A stretch of 64,000 nt of DNA from Candidatus Woesearchaeota archaeon (GCA_038891615.1 JAWADY010000002.1:64994-128993); one strand, 5' to 3'; counted from the first letter of the stretch, positions 27,256 to 38,190 are shown. Made by a program: numbers and translations. The notes: a model not told the origin generated them from the letters alone.

Positions 27256-27645
27256 CTAGCAAGGTTCGCTCATCTCTGTAAGTGGTATCCTTAAGAGCCT
27301 TTCAAGCCTTTTTGCTTCTGCCAGTTCTGGCAAAAGCTCTCCGTTCTCAAACTTGCGAAGCACTGATTCCCTCACAGCAATCCTTGATGCAAACTCCTTT
27401 TGGGTCAAGCCTGTCTTTTCCCTCGTAATCCTCAATTTTTCTCCAAAATCGCTTACAACCCGCTCTATCGCCTTTTTTTCTGCAGGAAAACTTTGAGGTT
27501 TTGCCTGACTCTTTTTGACGGCTTCAGTTGGCAAAACAGTCAAAACTTTTCCAAACCGGCTGCAGCTCTTGCAAAGCCAAAGCTCTGCACCTTCAACTAA
27601 ACACCTTGCAAAGCTTTTTGTCCGATTACATATTTCACAAAGCAT
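27256..27645 (-). CDS. mbf1: Archaeal multiprotein bridging factor 1 (aMBF1): N-terminal zinc ribbon plus C-terminal XRE-type HTH.
   Basis: CEICNRT...CKSC zinc ribbon followed by the HTH ITREKTGLTQKEFASRIAVRESVLRKFENG. Confidence 0.7.
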   Translation of the reverse strand: MLCEICNRTKSFARCLVEGAELWLCKSCSRFGKVLTVLPTEAVKKSQAKPQSFPAEKKAIERVVSDFGEKLRITREKTGLTQKEFASRIAVRESVLRKFENGELLPELAEAKRLERLLRIPLTEMSEPC

Positions 27646-27653
27646 AGGTTTAA

Positions 27654-28064
27654 CTACCCTTTCATCACCTTTACTACAAGCTTTCGCGCTCTTGGGCCAT
27701 CAAATTCACAAAGCCAGATTCTCTGCCATTCTCCAAGTGCAAGCCTTCCATCAAACACTGGTATTGCAAGCGAAGGGCCAATAAGACTTGCCTTTAGATG
27801 GGCCGTGGCGTTGTCATGAACCCTTCCATGTGCCCAACCCCCTTTCACCTTTTCAGGAGCAAACATTGAGAGCACTCTTAGAAAATCCTCCTTTATTCCT
27901 GGGTCTGCGCTTTCGTTTATCGCAAGGCAGGCTGTTGTGTGTTTTAGCCAAAGAAAAGCAACTCCAGAACTTGTGCCCAAGACGGTCTTTTCTATATCTT
28001 CAGTTATATCAACAATTTCTTCCTTTTTTGTTGTTTGAAAGCTTAACTCAATCATTCTCGACAT
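27654..28064 (-). CDS. YjbQ/UPF0047 family protein (secondary thiamine-phosphate synthase-like).
   Basis: TTACLAINESADPGIKEDF...HLKASLIGPSLAIPVFDGRLALGEWQRIWLCEFDGPRAR matches conserved YjbQ blocks. Confidence 0.75.
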   Translation of the reverse strand: MSRMIELSFQTTKKEEIVDITEDIEKTVLGTSSGVAFLWLKHTTACLAINESADPGIKEDFLRVLSMFAPEKVKGGWAHGRVHDNATAHLKASLIGPSLAIPVFDGRLALGEWQRIWLCEFDGPRARKLVVKVMKG

Positions 28065-28133
28065 TTTAACATCTCAGCACTTTAAAAACTTTCTTCAGCA
28101 AGATTTAAAAATGTACCCACCTACTTAAAAAGA

Positions 28134-29213
28134 ATGGTTCAAAAAGAGGAGCTAAAAAAAATTATTTGTTCAGCGCTTTCTTCTGGAATATCTCGTAAGG
28201 AGCTTGAAAATTTTCTTGCAGAGTTCGGTTGGCCACAAGAGATGGTTCATGAATATATCAACATCGACTGCGACAACCTCCCAATAATTTATGTTCGTGG
28301 AGTATCAAAAAGCTTTGGGAAGCATCAGGTTCTGCAAGATGTTACTTTTCATATCAATAAAGGTGAAATACTTGGTATAATCGGCGCAAGTGGCGTCGGA
28401 AAGACAACCCTTCTTAACATCATTGTTGGTTTTGTTCAACCAGATTCTGGAGAGATTGTTTTAAATATTCCACATAAGCCTGGCTGGGGTGGTTCGCGTG
28501 ATGTCAAAAGGATGTTTGGGTTTGCAGCGCAAACCCCTAGCTTTTATCCACACCTAACTGCGCGCGAAAACATTGAACACTTTGCCGCGCTCTACGGCTT
28601 CACAAAAGCTGAGCGCAGGCTAAGGGCAGAATCACTGCTAAAGCTCGTAGGACTTTCAGATTTCGCAGAATTACTTGCTTCACAGTTGTCTGGTGGAATG
28701 CAAAAACGTCTTGATATAGCCTGCGCCCTTGTGCACAACCCTCCCATTCTAATACTAGATGAGCCTGTTGCTGACATTGATTTGCTTCTTAGGCAGCAAA
28801 TGTGGAACTTAATAAAAGCAATAAACAAGCGCGGCACAACGGTCATTATAGCTTCACACTTCCTTCTTGAGCTTGAAAGCTTGTGCACAAGAATTGCGCT
28901 CTTGCACAAAAAAAAGATTACACAAATTGGAAGTCCTCCAGAGCTCAGCTCGGCTCTTCTAAAAAAGCACAGGATGACCTTGGAGCTAGCCTCACGCAAC
29001 TATACCCAACTTTTTTCAGAACTTGCCCGCGACCCAAAGCTTAAGTGTCAGTTTTTTATTCAAGAAGGCAAAGCGGTGTTGTTGACAGAAAGTCCTGAAG
29101 AACTTCTACACGCGCTTGTGCACATACTTGAACGCTCAAAAGACACTCTGCTAGAGTTGAATATTTCAAAGCCAACATTAAAGGAGCTGTTTGAGGTAGT
29201 GGAAAAGGGATAA
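28134..29213 (+). CDS. ABC transporter ATP-binding protein.
   Basis: Walker A GASGVGKTT. Signature LSGGMQKRLDIACAL. Walker B ILILDEP. H-loop. Confidence 0.85.
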   Translation: MVQKEELKKIICSALSSGISRKELENFLAEFGWPQEMVHEYINIDCDNLPIIYVRGVSKSFGKHQVLQDVTFHINKGEILGIIGASGVGKTTLLNIIVGFVQPDSGEIVLNIPHKPGWGGSRDVKRMFGFAAQTPSFYPHLTARENIEHFAALYGFTKAERRLRAESLLKLVGLSDFAELLASQLSGGMQKRLDIACALVHNPPILILDEPVADIDLLLRQQMWNLIKAINKRGTTVIIASHFLLELESLCTRIALLHKKKITQIGSPPELSSALLKKHRMTLELASRNYTQLFSELARDPKLKCQFFIQEGKAVLLTESPEELLHALVHILERSKDTLLELNISKPTLKELFEVVEKG

Positions 29214-29217
29214 TGCG

Positions 29218-30954
29218 ATGAGCGCGCTAATTGAACTAATACGAAAGAATCTCCTTCTTCTTGTTAGGGCTAGGGCTTCAGCATCGATTGTTGTATTTGG
29301 GCCGATGCTAGTGATATTTGTGGCTGGGCTTGCATTCGACAATATCGGTACCTATAACGTGCGAGTCGGGGTCTATTCTGCACACTTTAACGAGCTCTCA
29401 GAGTCCTTTGTGCAAACGCTCTCAAAGAACAGCATGAAGATTTCGCGTTTTGATTCCGAAAACAGCTGTGTTGACGCAGTCAGAGGAGGAGCGCTTCATA
29501 CCTGTATCGTCTTTTCGCCAGATTTCACTCTTGGTAAAGATGCAGCAAATGAGCTTTCCTTTCATATAGATCCCTCTAAAATAAACCTTGTCTGGGTGAT
29601 TCTTGAATCCCTTTCCTCAGCTGTCGCTGAAAGGACAAGGGAGCTTTCACTTAATCTTACCTCTGTTGCAATCAGAGCTATTGAGATAACTGATAATGAA
29701 CTCTCTGGTAAAAAACCCGTTGTTATCCAGCTAGCAACTGAAAACGAAGAGGTTTCGCAAAAGGCATCAGAGATAAGAGAGCGTCTTGGCCGACTTGATC
29801 TCGGCATTAATAAGTCAGCATTTGGAATTGAGGTTATGTCAAAAAGGCAAGAAGACATTCAAAATCATCTAGAAGAACTCAAGGCAATCTCAAATGAACT
29901 CGTGGGCAGCGTCGCTGAAAGGTTGAACAGAGCCAAAGATCTCGTTGAAAGTAGCGAACTGAACTCCACGATAAAAGAGAACATAACCGAAGCTCTGGCA
30001 AGGGCAAGGAACAGCCTTTCTTCTTTTGTCTCAACAATAAATCTAACAATGAATGCAACAACCACAAGCTTTGCTGAAGTTAACGCTTCATTACAGAACC
30101 TTGTTTATCATGTTGAAACAACTGCCAACAAGCTTCAAGCAGTAGAAGAAACAAGAAATAGAGTCTTTGCAACTCTTGAAGCAGCAAAAGCAGAGCTGGA
30201 CAGTTCACTACTCGGAATTGCTTCTATTCAAAACTCCCTCAACAAAATTTCATCCATACTCTCAATGGTTCAAATTCGTGAACCAGAAAAGATTGTCCAA
30301 CCCATCACAACTGTAATAAAGCCAGTTGTTGCACAAAAGACTTATCTGAACTACATTTTCCCAATCCTTGTCATTCTTATTCTCATGTTCACCGCGCTTT
30401 TACTTGCTCCAACTTTGATACTCTTAGAGAAAAAATCAGCAGCCTTTTTTAGAAACTTCATGGCTCCAACTCCAGGTGTTGTACATCTTGGTTCAGTCTT
30501 TATAAGCTCTGGAATTATCCTTATCTTACAGCTTGCAGTACTCTTGGGAATCGCAGCCATAGGTTTCAAAGCTCAAATTACAACAAACATTGTCGCAACA
30601 GCAATAATCCTTTTCATTTTGCTCATCCTTTTTATAACTCTTGGAATGATTTTGGGATACCTTTTTAATTCAGAAGAAACGGCAATGCTAGCGGCTATTG
30701 CACTTGGTTCTGTTTTTCTCTTCCTGTCAGACATAATCATCCCCATAGAGACCATGCCACCGGCTATAGAAGGGATGGCAAAACTGAACCCCCTTATCCT
30801 TGGCGGCCTTGCTCTTCGAAGAGCTATCATTTTCGGTGCGACACTTCAAGAACTATGGAAGGAGGTTGCAATTTTAGGAGGATATATTCTTGTCGCAGGA
30901 CTTTTTGTTTTAGCAGCTTATTTATCAGGCAAGAGCAGGCAAAAAAATATTTAA
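29218..30954 (+). CDS. ABC-2/YhgE-type permease with an N-terminal TM helix, a large extracytoplasmic coiled-coil domain, and a C-terminal TM bundle.
   Basis: Immediately follows the ATPase gene. The hydrophobic topology is typical of ABC-2 permeases. Confidence 0.6.
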   Translation: MSALIELIRKNLLLLVRARASASIVVFGPMLVIFVAGLAFDNIGTYNVRVGVYSAHFNELSESFVQTLSKNSMKISRFDSENSCVDAVRGGALHTCIVFSPDFTLGKDAANELSFHIDPSKINLVWVILESLSSAVAERTRELSLNLTSVAIRAIEITDNELSGKKPVVIQLATENEEVSQKASEIRERLGRLDLGINKSAFGIEVMSKRQEDIQNHLEELKAISNELVGSVAERLNRAKDLVESSELNSTIKENITEALARARNSLSSFVSTINLTMNATTTSFAEVNASLQNLVYHVETTANKLQAVEETRNRVFATLEAAKAELDSSLLGIASIQNSLNKISSILSMVQIREPEKIVQPITTVIKPVVAQKTYLNYIFPILVILILMFTALLLAPTLILLEKKSAAFFRNFMAPTPGVVHLGSVFISSGIILILQLAVLLGIAAIGFKAQITTNIVATAIILFILLILFITLGMILGYLFNSEETAMLAAIALGSVFLFLSDIIIPIETMPPAIEGMAKLNPLILGGLALRRAIIFGATLQELWKEVAILGGYILVAGLFVLAAYLSGKSRQKNI

Positions 30955-30976
30955 ATTGCCGCAATGAAAAAAGAGC

Positions 30977-32398
30977 ATGGTGCTTAAGCTCTATAACACC
31001 CTTTCAAGGCGGAAAGAGATTTTTAAGTCAATAAAACCAGGCAAGGTAGGCTTCTACACCTGTGGTCCAACGGTTTATGATTATCCTCATATTGGAAACT
31101 ATCGCGCCTTCATATTTGCAGATATCTTAAAGCGCTATCTGACCTACAAGGGATATGCAGTAAAGCATGTCATGAACATCACTGATGTTGATGACAAAAC
31201 CATAAGTCGTTCAAGGCAGGAAGGTGTAACACTAAAGCAACTGACAACCAAATACGCCAATGCCTTCTTTGAAGAACTTGCACTACTCAACATAAAGCCA
31301 GCAACTGTTTATCCACGTGCAACAGAGCACATTCCCGAAATGGTTGCAATGATAAAAGCTCTTATGGCAGCCGGACTTGCGTACACCGCATCTGATAACT
31401 GCATTTATTATTCGATATCAAAATTCAAGGACTACGGGAAGCTTGCTGGAATTCGAATGGAAAAACTCCGGCCCGGAGCTTCTGGCAGAGTGGTGAGGGA
31501 TGAGTATGAAAAGGAGCGCGTGGAGGATTTTGCGCTTTGGAAGGCATGGCGTCCTGAGGATGGTGATGTTTTCTGGGAAACTGAATTAGGAAAAGGAAGG
31601 CCTGGTTGGCATATCGAATGTTCGGCCATGTCAACAAAATACCTGGGTTGCCCATTTGACATACACTCTGGAGGCGTGGATCTCATCTTTCCACATCATC
31701 AGAATGAGATAGCACAAAGTGAAGGGGCTGGATGTAAAAAGTTTGTAAACTATTGGCTGCACAACGAATGGTTGCTTGTTGAAGGGAAAAAGATGTCAAA
31801 AAGTCTTGGCAATTTCTACACCCTCAGAGATTTGCTTGCAAAGGGTTATGACCCAAAGGCAATAAGATATATCCTTCTTGCCACACATTACAGACAAAAG
31901 TTAAATTTCACTTTCAAAGGCCTTGAGGCTGCTGAGAGGTCTCTTCAAAGGATATGGGATTTCGTGGCAAGGCTTGACAGCCAGCCTCTTTCTGTGAAGA
32001 AACCAGCAGCCATAGATGGCATTATTTCCAGGACAAAGGCAGCCTTTGAGGCAGCGATGGATGATGACCTCGATATATCAAAAGCACTGGCAGCAATCTA
32101 TGCTCTTATAACAAAGACAAACAAGCTCATCGATGACCAGAGGCTTGCAAGAGAGGACTGCCAAAAAATAAAAAAATTTTTGATAACAATTGACAGCATT
32201 CTTGGGATTCTTATACCGCCGCCACAGGACGAGCTTGCGCCAGAACTTAAAGCTCTCATTGAAAAGCGTGAGGCAGCAAGGGCGGCTGGAGACTGGGCAA
32301 AGGCTGATGCGATACGCCAGGAGCTAGCTCAAAAAGGAATTCTTCTAGAAGACACTCCACAAGGAGTGCGCTGGAAAAAGGTCAAAGCACTATCCTGA
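30977..32398 (+). CDS. cysS: Cysteinyl-tRNA synthetase.
   Basis: YTCGPTVYDYPHIGNYR (HIGH), WHIECSAM, KMSKSLGNF. Length 473 aa. Confidence 0.9.
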   Translation: MVLKLYNTLSRRKEIFKSIKPGKVGFYTCGPTVYDYPHIGNYRAFIFADILKRYLTYKGYAVKHVMNITDVDDKTISRSRQEGVTLKQLTTKYANAFFEELALLNIKPATVYPRATEHIPEMVAMIKALMAAGLAYTASDNCIYYSISKFKDYGKLAGIRMEKLRPGASGRVVRDEYEKERVEDFALWKAWRPEDGDVFWETELGKGRPGWHIECSAMSTKYLGCPFDIHSGGVDLIFPHHQNEIAQSEGAGCKKFVNYWLHNEWLLVEGKKMSKSLGNFYTLRDLLAKGYDPKAIRYILLATHYRQKLNFTFKGLEAAERSLQRIWDFVARLDSQPLSVKKPAAIDGIISRTKAAFEAAMDDDLDISKALAAIYALITKTNKLIDDQRLAREDCQKIKKFLITIDSILGILIPPPQDELAPELKALIEKREAARAAGDWAKADAIRQELAQKGILLEDTPQGVRWKKVKALS

Positions 32399-34793
32399 GC
32401 TCTTTCCCAAACCTTATTTCTGTAATGTTGTGCGTCTGCTGGAGCTCTTTTTCAGCAGGAGCGAGGCTTTCCGGAAACACAGCCAATTTTACAGAACTTT
32501 TGAGACTTAAGCCTTTTTCCTTTTTTGCCTTCCATATCGCGCTGTTTACAGAAAGAAGATCTTTGGTCGCTAAAGCAGGTTTTGCAAGAATTTTGGCTTT
32601 TGGAAATTTTTCTGTATGTATCTCTTTTCCTGTCAGTCTCTCATAGATTGTGCTTGTTATCATTGGAATGACTGGTGCGAGGAGCTTGAGAAGCGTTTCA
32701 AGGCAGTGATTTAGTGTTTGGATTGCTCCTGCCTGCTCAGCAATGCTCCAGCTTTGATTACTATTATATGCACGACCTTTTACAAGCTCAAGGTAATTCG
32801 ACGCAAAAGTTTCCCATATGAAATGTCTGATGGCAATTACAGGTTGATGGAAATCGTAGTTTTGATAGCGCTCGTTTGCAAGCTTCACTAGCTCGTTAAG
32901 TTCAAACAAAATCCATTTATCTAACTCCCGCAACTTTGGTTTTTCTCTTTTGCTCTTAAGCTCTGGAAGCTCAAACATTGAAATAAATCTGGCAATATTC
33001 CAAAGTTTTGTCAGTGTTTTTCCAGCCGCTTCAATACGCTCAAAGTTACACCTGAAATCACCCTTTTCCAAGTTTCCTTCAACAGCAGCCCATAGTCTAA
33101 ATGGCTCTGCACCAAAACGGTCAAGTACCTCTTTAGGCTCTATGACATTTCCTGCAGACTTCGACATCTTCTTGCCGGACTCATCAACTACATGATAATT
33201 TATCCAGACATCTCTGAATATTGGTTTCCCAGTCAAGAGATAGCACTTTAGCAAAGTGTAATAAAGCCATGTGCGTACTATCTCTTTGCCTTGGGGCCTT
33301 AGTGAGCATGGTGCTGCTTTTTCAAAAAAATCTTGAGCTCTTGACCACTTTAGAATGTACAATGGGCTGTTTGAGCTGTCAAACCATGTATCTAAAACCC
33401 TTTCCTCTCCTTTGAAACTCTTGCCTTTGCACTTTGGGCAAGCGTCGATTGGTGGCCCCTCCTTCCATGGTTGATAATACCTTGGTCTTTTTTCAATCGG
33501 TGGAACAACTCTGTAACCACAGCCAGTGCATTGCCAAAGTGGAATTTCTGTTGCATAATATCTTCGACGTGATATCGGCCAATCAAGCGATACAGACTTA
33601 ATCCAATCTAAAAGAAGCTGTCTTGACTCTGGAGAAAAAAATCTCAGCGCATGAGCTATCTTTTCCATCCTCGATTTATACTCGACCTGTTTTAGGTAAA
33701 ACTCTTCCATTTCTATGAACTCAATAGGATCTTTCGAGCGCTCACAAACAGGGCTCCTGTGAAGGATCTTTCGTTGTTTCACAAGAAGCCCCTCACCTTT
33801 CAAACGCTCAATCATGGCCTTTCTCGCAACATCAACAGGGAGCCCAGCCAAAAACTGAGCGTGCTCATTCATCGTGCCATCCTTGTTTATTGCAATGACT
33901 GGCTTCAATCCCATCTCTCTAAAGAACCTGATGTCACTCAAATCTCCTGCTGAGCACATCATGACAAGGCCAGTCCCTTTTGTTGGGTCGGCAAGTGGAT
34001 GAGCCTTTATCGGAACCTCTTTATTAAAAATTGGAGTTATTGCTGTCTTGCCCTCAAGGTGGCTGTACCTCTTGTCTTCAGGATTATATATGACCATCGC
34101 ACAAGTGCATATTAATTCTGGCCTGGTTGTTCCAACAATAATTTTTTCTCCACTCTCCTTTACTGTAAAAACTATGTCGTTAAAATCAGTTTCTTTGAGC
34201 TCGTACTCTATTTCAGCATCTGCAAGAGTTGTTTGACAACCAGGACACCAGTTGCTTATCCTTTTGTCCTCATAAATAAGCCCTTTGTTCCACAGCCTAA
34301 TGAATGTCTCCTGTGTCAAAGCCCTATAGTCTGGACTGTCGGTTGAATATGCATCACCAATCTTGTCGCCTTCATTCCAGGAATTAAAGCTTATACCGCA
34401 TCTCAAAAAATAGTTGATGGATGCCGTTGATGCCTTTTCAAGAATTTTTTTGCAAAGCTCGAGTGCTTTTCCCCTTGGAATTGAGTTGAGTTTCACCTTG
34501 AATTCCTTTTCAGCAGCCATTTCAATAGGCAAACCATTCTTGTCAAGGCCAAGCGGGAAAAGTACGGCATCCCCTACCATTCTATGGTAGCGTGCGAACA
34601 TATCCATCAAGACATAAGTAGTTAGTTGGCCGATATGAATAGGGGTATTAACATATGGAGGTGGAGTGTCTATGCTGAAAACCTTTTGTCCCCTTTTTTT
34701 CTTGAAAGCATAAATTCCAGAATCCTTCCACTTATTGTACCTATCAGCTTCAAGTGCCTTGCTCCAAGCTGTTTCTTTTAGCTTAGTCGCCAT
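32382..34793 (-). CDS. valS: Valyl-tRNA synthetase (archaeal type). The HIGH motif is degenerate (HIGQ).
   Basis: IDTPPPYVNTPIHIGQ, DKNGLPIE, CPGCQTTLADAEIEY, KMSKSAGN. Length 803 aa. Confidence 0.7.
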   Translation of the reverse strand: MATKLKETAWSKALEADRYNKWKDSGIYAFKKKRGQKVFSIDTPPPYVNTPIHIGQLTTYVLMDMFARYHRMVGDAVLFPLGLDKNGLPIEMAAEKEFKVKLNSIPRGKALELCKKILEKASTASINYFLRCGISFNSWNEGDKIGDAYSTDSPDYRALTQETFIRLWNKGLIYEDKRISNWCPGCQTTLADAEIEYELKETDFNDIVFTVKESGEKIIVGTTRPELICTCAMVIYNPEDKRYSHLEGKTAITPIFNKEVPIKAHPLADPTKGTGLVMMCSAGDLSDIRFFREMGLKPVIAINKDGTMNEHAQFLAGLPVDVARKAMIERLKGEGLLVKQRKILHRSPVCERSKDPIEFIEMEEFYLKQVEYKSRMEKIAHALRFFSPESRQLLLDWIKSVSLDWPISRRRYYATEIPLWQCTGCGYRVVPPIEKRPRYYQPWKEGPPIDACPKCKGKSFKGEERVLDTWFDSSNSPLYILKWSRAQDFFEKAAPCSLRPQGKEIVRTWLYYTLLKCYLLTGKPIFRDVWINYHVVDESGKKMSKSAGNVIEPKEVLDRFGAEPFRLWAAVEGNLEKGDFRCNFERIEAAGKTLTKLWNIARFISMFELPELKSKREKPKLRELDKWILFELNELVKLANERYQNYDFHQPVIAIRHFIWETFASNYLELVKGRAYNSNQSWSIAEQAGAIQTLNHCLETLLKLLAPVIPMITSTIYERLTGKEIHTEKFPKAKILAKPALATKDLLSVNSAIWKAKKEKGLSLKSSVKLAVFPESLAPAEKELQQTHNITEIRFGKELRIVL

Positions 34794-35192
34794 TCAAAAC
34801 ACCAAAGACATTCCTTTTATACTCTTTTCAATTTCATAATAGCTAAGGCGCCCAAGCTTTGCACTCCTTGCCCTCTCACAAATGCTGGAAAAGAACCGCG
34901 TCATCTTTTCTTCAAGTTCCTCAATGTCGTTGCTTGTTCGTACGACAACAGTCCCTGCAAGAGGGCCTTCATCTTCCACAAAGCTAATTCCAGAATCAGC
35001 CTTTTTAGCCTTATTTCTTATTTCCGAAATGACCTCTTTTGTTAGGATGGCAGGCTCGATGATTTTACATCTTTTGACAAATGCCTTTTCCTTGCCTGCC
35101 GAATTGACGATGACCCTGAAACTTACCTCTTCAGTCCTTGGATCAAACTGCTCAACCTCAATTTTTTTGTAGCTTATATCGACGAACTGCAT
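34794..35192 (-). CDS. Hypothetical protein of 132 aa, co-oriented with and abutting valS.
   Basis: Intact ORF starting 1 nt after the valS start region. No recognisable motif. Confidence 0.3.
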   Translation of the reverse strand: MQFVDISYKKIEVEQFDPRTEEVSFRVIVNSAGKEKAFVKRCKIIEPAILTKEVISEIRNKAKKADSGISFVEDEGPLAGTVVVRTSNDIEELEEKMTRFFSSICERARSAKLGRLSYYEIEKSIKGMSLVF

Positions 35193-35398
35193 GAGATGGC
35201 ATTTTGGATTTTATTTTATAAGTCTTTCGCAAAAGGTTGTCATGAAGCAGGCTCAGCTTTGGACTTCAAAAGCTATTTTTCATTTACTTTAAGCCCCTTT
35301 TTGCATTTTCTCTGACAAAAATATCTGTATGATTGCGCTTAAGTTTTCAAAATTTGAATTCCGCGAGCGTTAGTTTAATAAATTCACAGCCCTAGAAT

Positions 35399-36628
35399 GT
35401 GCAAATGGCATTATTGATTGAGAGATACGCTCCTCAAAGCCTTGCACAGATACCGCAGCCAGGGATTTCAGTTTTGCGCAACTGTGTAAAAAAACAGCTT
35501 GAAGGCAAGCTCAGTGGCAAGGCAGTTTTTATTTACGGGCCAACCGGTTGTGGAAAAACAACTGCTGTCAAATGTCTTGCAAGAGAGCTTGGACTTGAGC
35601 TTTTTGAACTAAATGCCTCTGATTTCAGGTCTTCAAAAGACCTAGAAGTGACGCTGATGCCAGCAGTTAGTCAATCGAGTCTTTGGGCTGCCAGCCGGTT
35701 GATACTTCTTGATGAGCTTGATGGCCTTGACCCCTCAGAAGATGGAGGCGCGGTTGGCACAATTTTAGCAGCGATAAAGCTTTCAAAACATCCAATTGTG
35801 CTTGTTGCAAACGAGCCGTGGACAGCTCAGCTGGCTCCGCTCCGCGAAAAGGCAATTCTCATCGAGTTTCAAAAAATACCAATTAAAATTATTTTCAACA
35901 CCCTCAAGAACATTTGTCAGAAAGAAGGAACGGCTTATGATATGCAGGCACTTGCATTGCTTGCCCAAAAGTCATCGGGGGATCTTAGGTCAGCACTCGT
36001 GGATCTTGAGCTTTTGTTGCCTAGAGGCGTGGCGCTAAAAGATGTTCAAGAGCTTGCATCAAGAGATGCATCCAAACAAATGAGCGAAGCCCTTTTTACA
36101 ATCTTTAAGCAGACAGACCCAAATGCGGTTGTTGGTGCTTTTGACAAGACAGGCGAGGAACTAACTACTTCAATGCTTTGGCTGGATGAAAATCTTCCTC
36201 GAGAGTACCTTAATCCAGCAGACCTTGCGCGGGCTTATGAAGCCCTAAGCAGAGCAGATGTTCATCTTGGAAGGATAAGACGCTCCCAACATTGGAGGCT
36301 GCTTAACTATGCAGGCATCATGATGACCTCAGGCGTTGCTGTTGCCAAGTCAAGTGTCAATGCTTACGCGAACAGATACACAAAAACAAAAAGGCTTTTC
36401 AGGCATTGGCAACTCAACAGGCAAAATAGTATTGCAAAATCAATAGCCAGCAAGTTTTCTGCTTTAAGCCATCTGTCAACAAGAAGAGCATTTCAGACAT
36501 TGCCTTTTTTGAAAAGGCTGCTTTCTAGTGCTTTTGGGGATGCTGTCGCAAAAGATGTTGGTTTAACAGATGAAGAGGTTGGCTGGCTTTTAGGAAAGGC
36601 AAAGGCAAACGGGCTGTACTTACAGTAG
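35399..36628 (+). CDS. rfcL: Replication factor C large subunit-like AAA+ clamp-loader protein.
   Basis: ERYAPQSLAQI...KAVFIYGPTGCGKTTAVKCLARELGLELFELNASDFRS follows the archaeal RFC large-subunit pattern, including the ELNASD motif. Confidence 0.6.
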   Translation: MQMALLIERYAPQSLAQIPQPGISVLRNCVKKQLEGKLSGKAVFIYGPTGCGKTTAVKCLARELGLELFELNASDFRSSKDLEVTLMPAVSQSSLWAASRLILLDELDGLDPSEDGGAVGTILAAIKLSKHPIVLVANEPWTAQLAPLREKAILIEFQKIPIKIIFNTLKNICQKEGTAYDMQALALLAQKSSGDLRSALVDLELLLPRGVALKDVQELASRDASKQMSEALFTIFKQTDPNAVVGAFDKTGEELTTSMLWLDENLPREYLNPADLARAYEALSRADVHLGRIRRSQHWRLLNYAGIMMTSGVAVAKSSVNAYANRYTKTKRLFRHWQLNRQNSIAKSIASKFSALSHLSTRRAFQTLPFLKRLLSSAFGDAVAKDVGLTDEEVGWLLGKAKANGLYLQ

Positions 36629-36667
36629 CGTTAGTTATTTAAAGCACACCAAGCTTTTGCACATAAA

Positions 36668-38152
36668 ATGAAATACGAGGATGTCATCAATCTTGCACTT
36701 AGAAGGGGAATCTTTTTCCTCTCTTCAGAGATTTATGCAAACGCACCAGCAGGCTTTTATGATTATGGTCCTTATGGTGCTGCAATAAAGCGAAAAATCA
36801 TTGAGCTCTGGCGTAAGCAATTCGTTCAGAAAGAAGAGATGCTCGAGATTGATGGTTCTGTGCTAATGCCCGAAGAAGTTTTTATCTCTTCGGGCCATCT
36901 AAGAAGTTTTGCAGACCCTATAACAAAATGCACTAAGTGCAGTTCAACTTTCAGAGCGGATACTCTTTTAGAAGAAGAGGGCAAGCTAAAGCTAAAAGAA
37001 GGGGCAAGCGTTGAAGAGCTGACAGCCGCGCTAAAAAAGCTTGGTCTTCTCTGTAAGAAGTGTAAAGGTCAGTTGTCAGATGTCTTTCGTTCAAGTCTCA
37101 TGGTCAAGGCAGAAGTTGGAATAGCAAAAAAGTCTCCACTTTATCTTCGGCCAGAAACATGTCAAAGCATTTTTTGCGACTGGGCCAGGCTGCTAAAAAC
37201 AATGAGGATTTCACTTCCAAAAGGGATTGCACAAACAGGCAGAGCTTTCAGAAACGAGATTTCACCAAGGCAGACTCTTCTTAGACAGGTAGAATTTTCT
37301 CAGATGGAAGCAGAGATTTTCTTTGACCCAGAAAAGATAAACGAATTTGGACGTTTTGAGGAGCTTGAAAACTACGAGTTGCGTCTCTTACGCATTGGCA
37401 AGAAGACTGTTGAGAATGTCTCTTGTCGAGATGCTGTTAACAAGGGGCTTGTTTCAGGAAAGCTCATAGCATATTTCCTTGCAAGGCTTCAACAGCTGTA
37501 TACAAGCTTTGGCTTGCCACTCCATTCAATGCGCTTTCGTGAGATTGACAAAGATGAAAGACCTTTTTATTCTAAAGAGACTTGGGATTTTGAGGTTGAA
37601 ACTTCTCTTGGGTGGCTCGAGCTCGTTGCGAACAATTACCGAACGGACTACGACCTCAAAGGTCATGCAGCCGGTTCTGGTAAAGATCTCAGCTTTGTTG
37701 ACGAGAAAGGAAGAAAGTTCATTCCGCATATTTGGGAGGTTTCAGCAGGGCTTGACAGAACCTTTTATGCAATACTTGAACACGCGTACAAAAAAGAAGG
37801 CGAAAGGACACTTCTCACTCTAGCTCCAAAGATTGCTCCGCTTCACGCAGCAGTCTTTCCTCTTCTCTCAAACAAGCCAGAGCTAATAACAAAGGCTCAA
37901 ACGGTTTATAGGAAACTTCTTGAAAGCGGCTTTGAGGTTGTTTACGATGAGACAGGAAGCATAGGCAAAAGGTACGCAAGGATGGATGAAATCGGCTGTC
38001 CCGTCTGCATAACGATTGACTTTGAAAGCCTTACAGCAGAAGATGTGACAATTCGCGATCGCGATACTACAAAGCAAAAACGCATAAAGATTGCCAATCT
38101 TCCAAATGCGCTCGCGAGCATTACCTCAGGAACACCATTTGAAAAGATTTAA
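36668..38152 (+). CDS. glyS: Glycyl-tRNA synthetase (archaeal/eukaryotic alpha2 type).
   Basis: RRGIFFLSSEIYANAPAGFYDYGPYGAAIKRKII is a diagnostic GlyRS N-terminus. Class II motifs. Confidence 0.85.
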   Translation: MKYEDVINLALRRGIFFLSSEIYANAPAGFYDYGPYGAAIKRKIIELWRKQFVQKEEMLEIDGSVLMPEEVFISSGHLRSFADPITKCTKCSSTFRADTLLEEEGKLKLKEGASVEELTAALKKLGLLCKKCKGQLSDVFRSSLMVKAEVGIAKKSPLYLRPETCQSIFCDWARLLKTMRISLPKGIAQTGRAFRNEISPRQTLLRQVEFSQMEAEIFFDPEKINEFGRFEELENYELRLLRIGKKTVENVSCRDAVNKGLVSGKLIAYFLARLQQLYTSFGLPLHSMRFREIDKDERPFYSKETWDFEVETSLGWLELVANNYRTDYDLKGHAAGSGKDLSFVDEKGRKFIPHIWEVSAGLDRTFYAILEHAYKKEGERTLLTLAPKIAPLHAAVFPLLSNKPELITKAQTVYRKLLESGFEVVYDETGSIGKRYARMDEIGCPVCITIDFESLTAEDVTIRDRDTTKQKRIKIANLPNALASITSGTPFEKI

Positions 38153-38190
38153 AAGGTCAGCGCTCTCGACTTTTTTTCGCCGGGGTTAAA

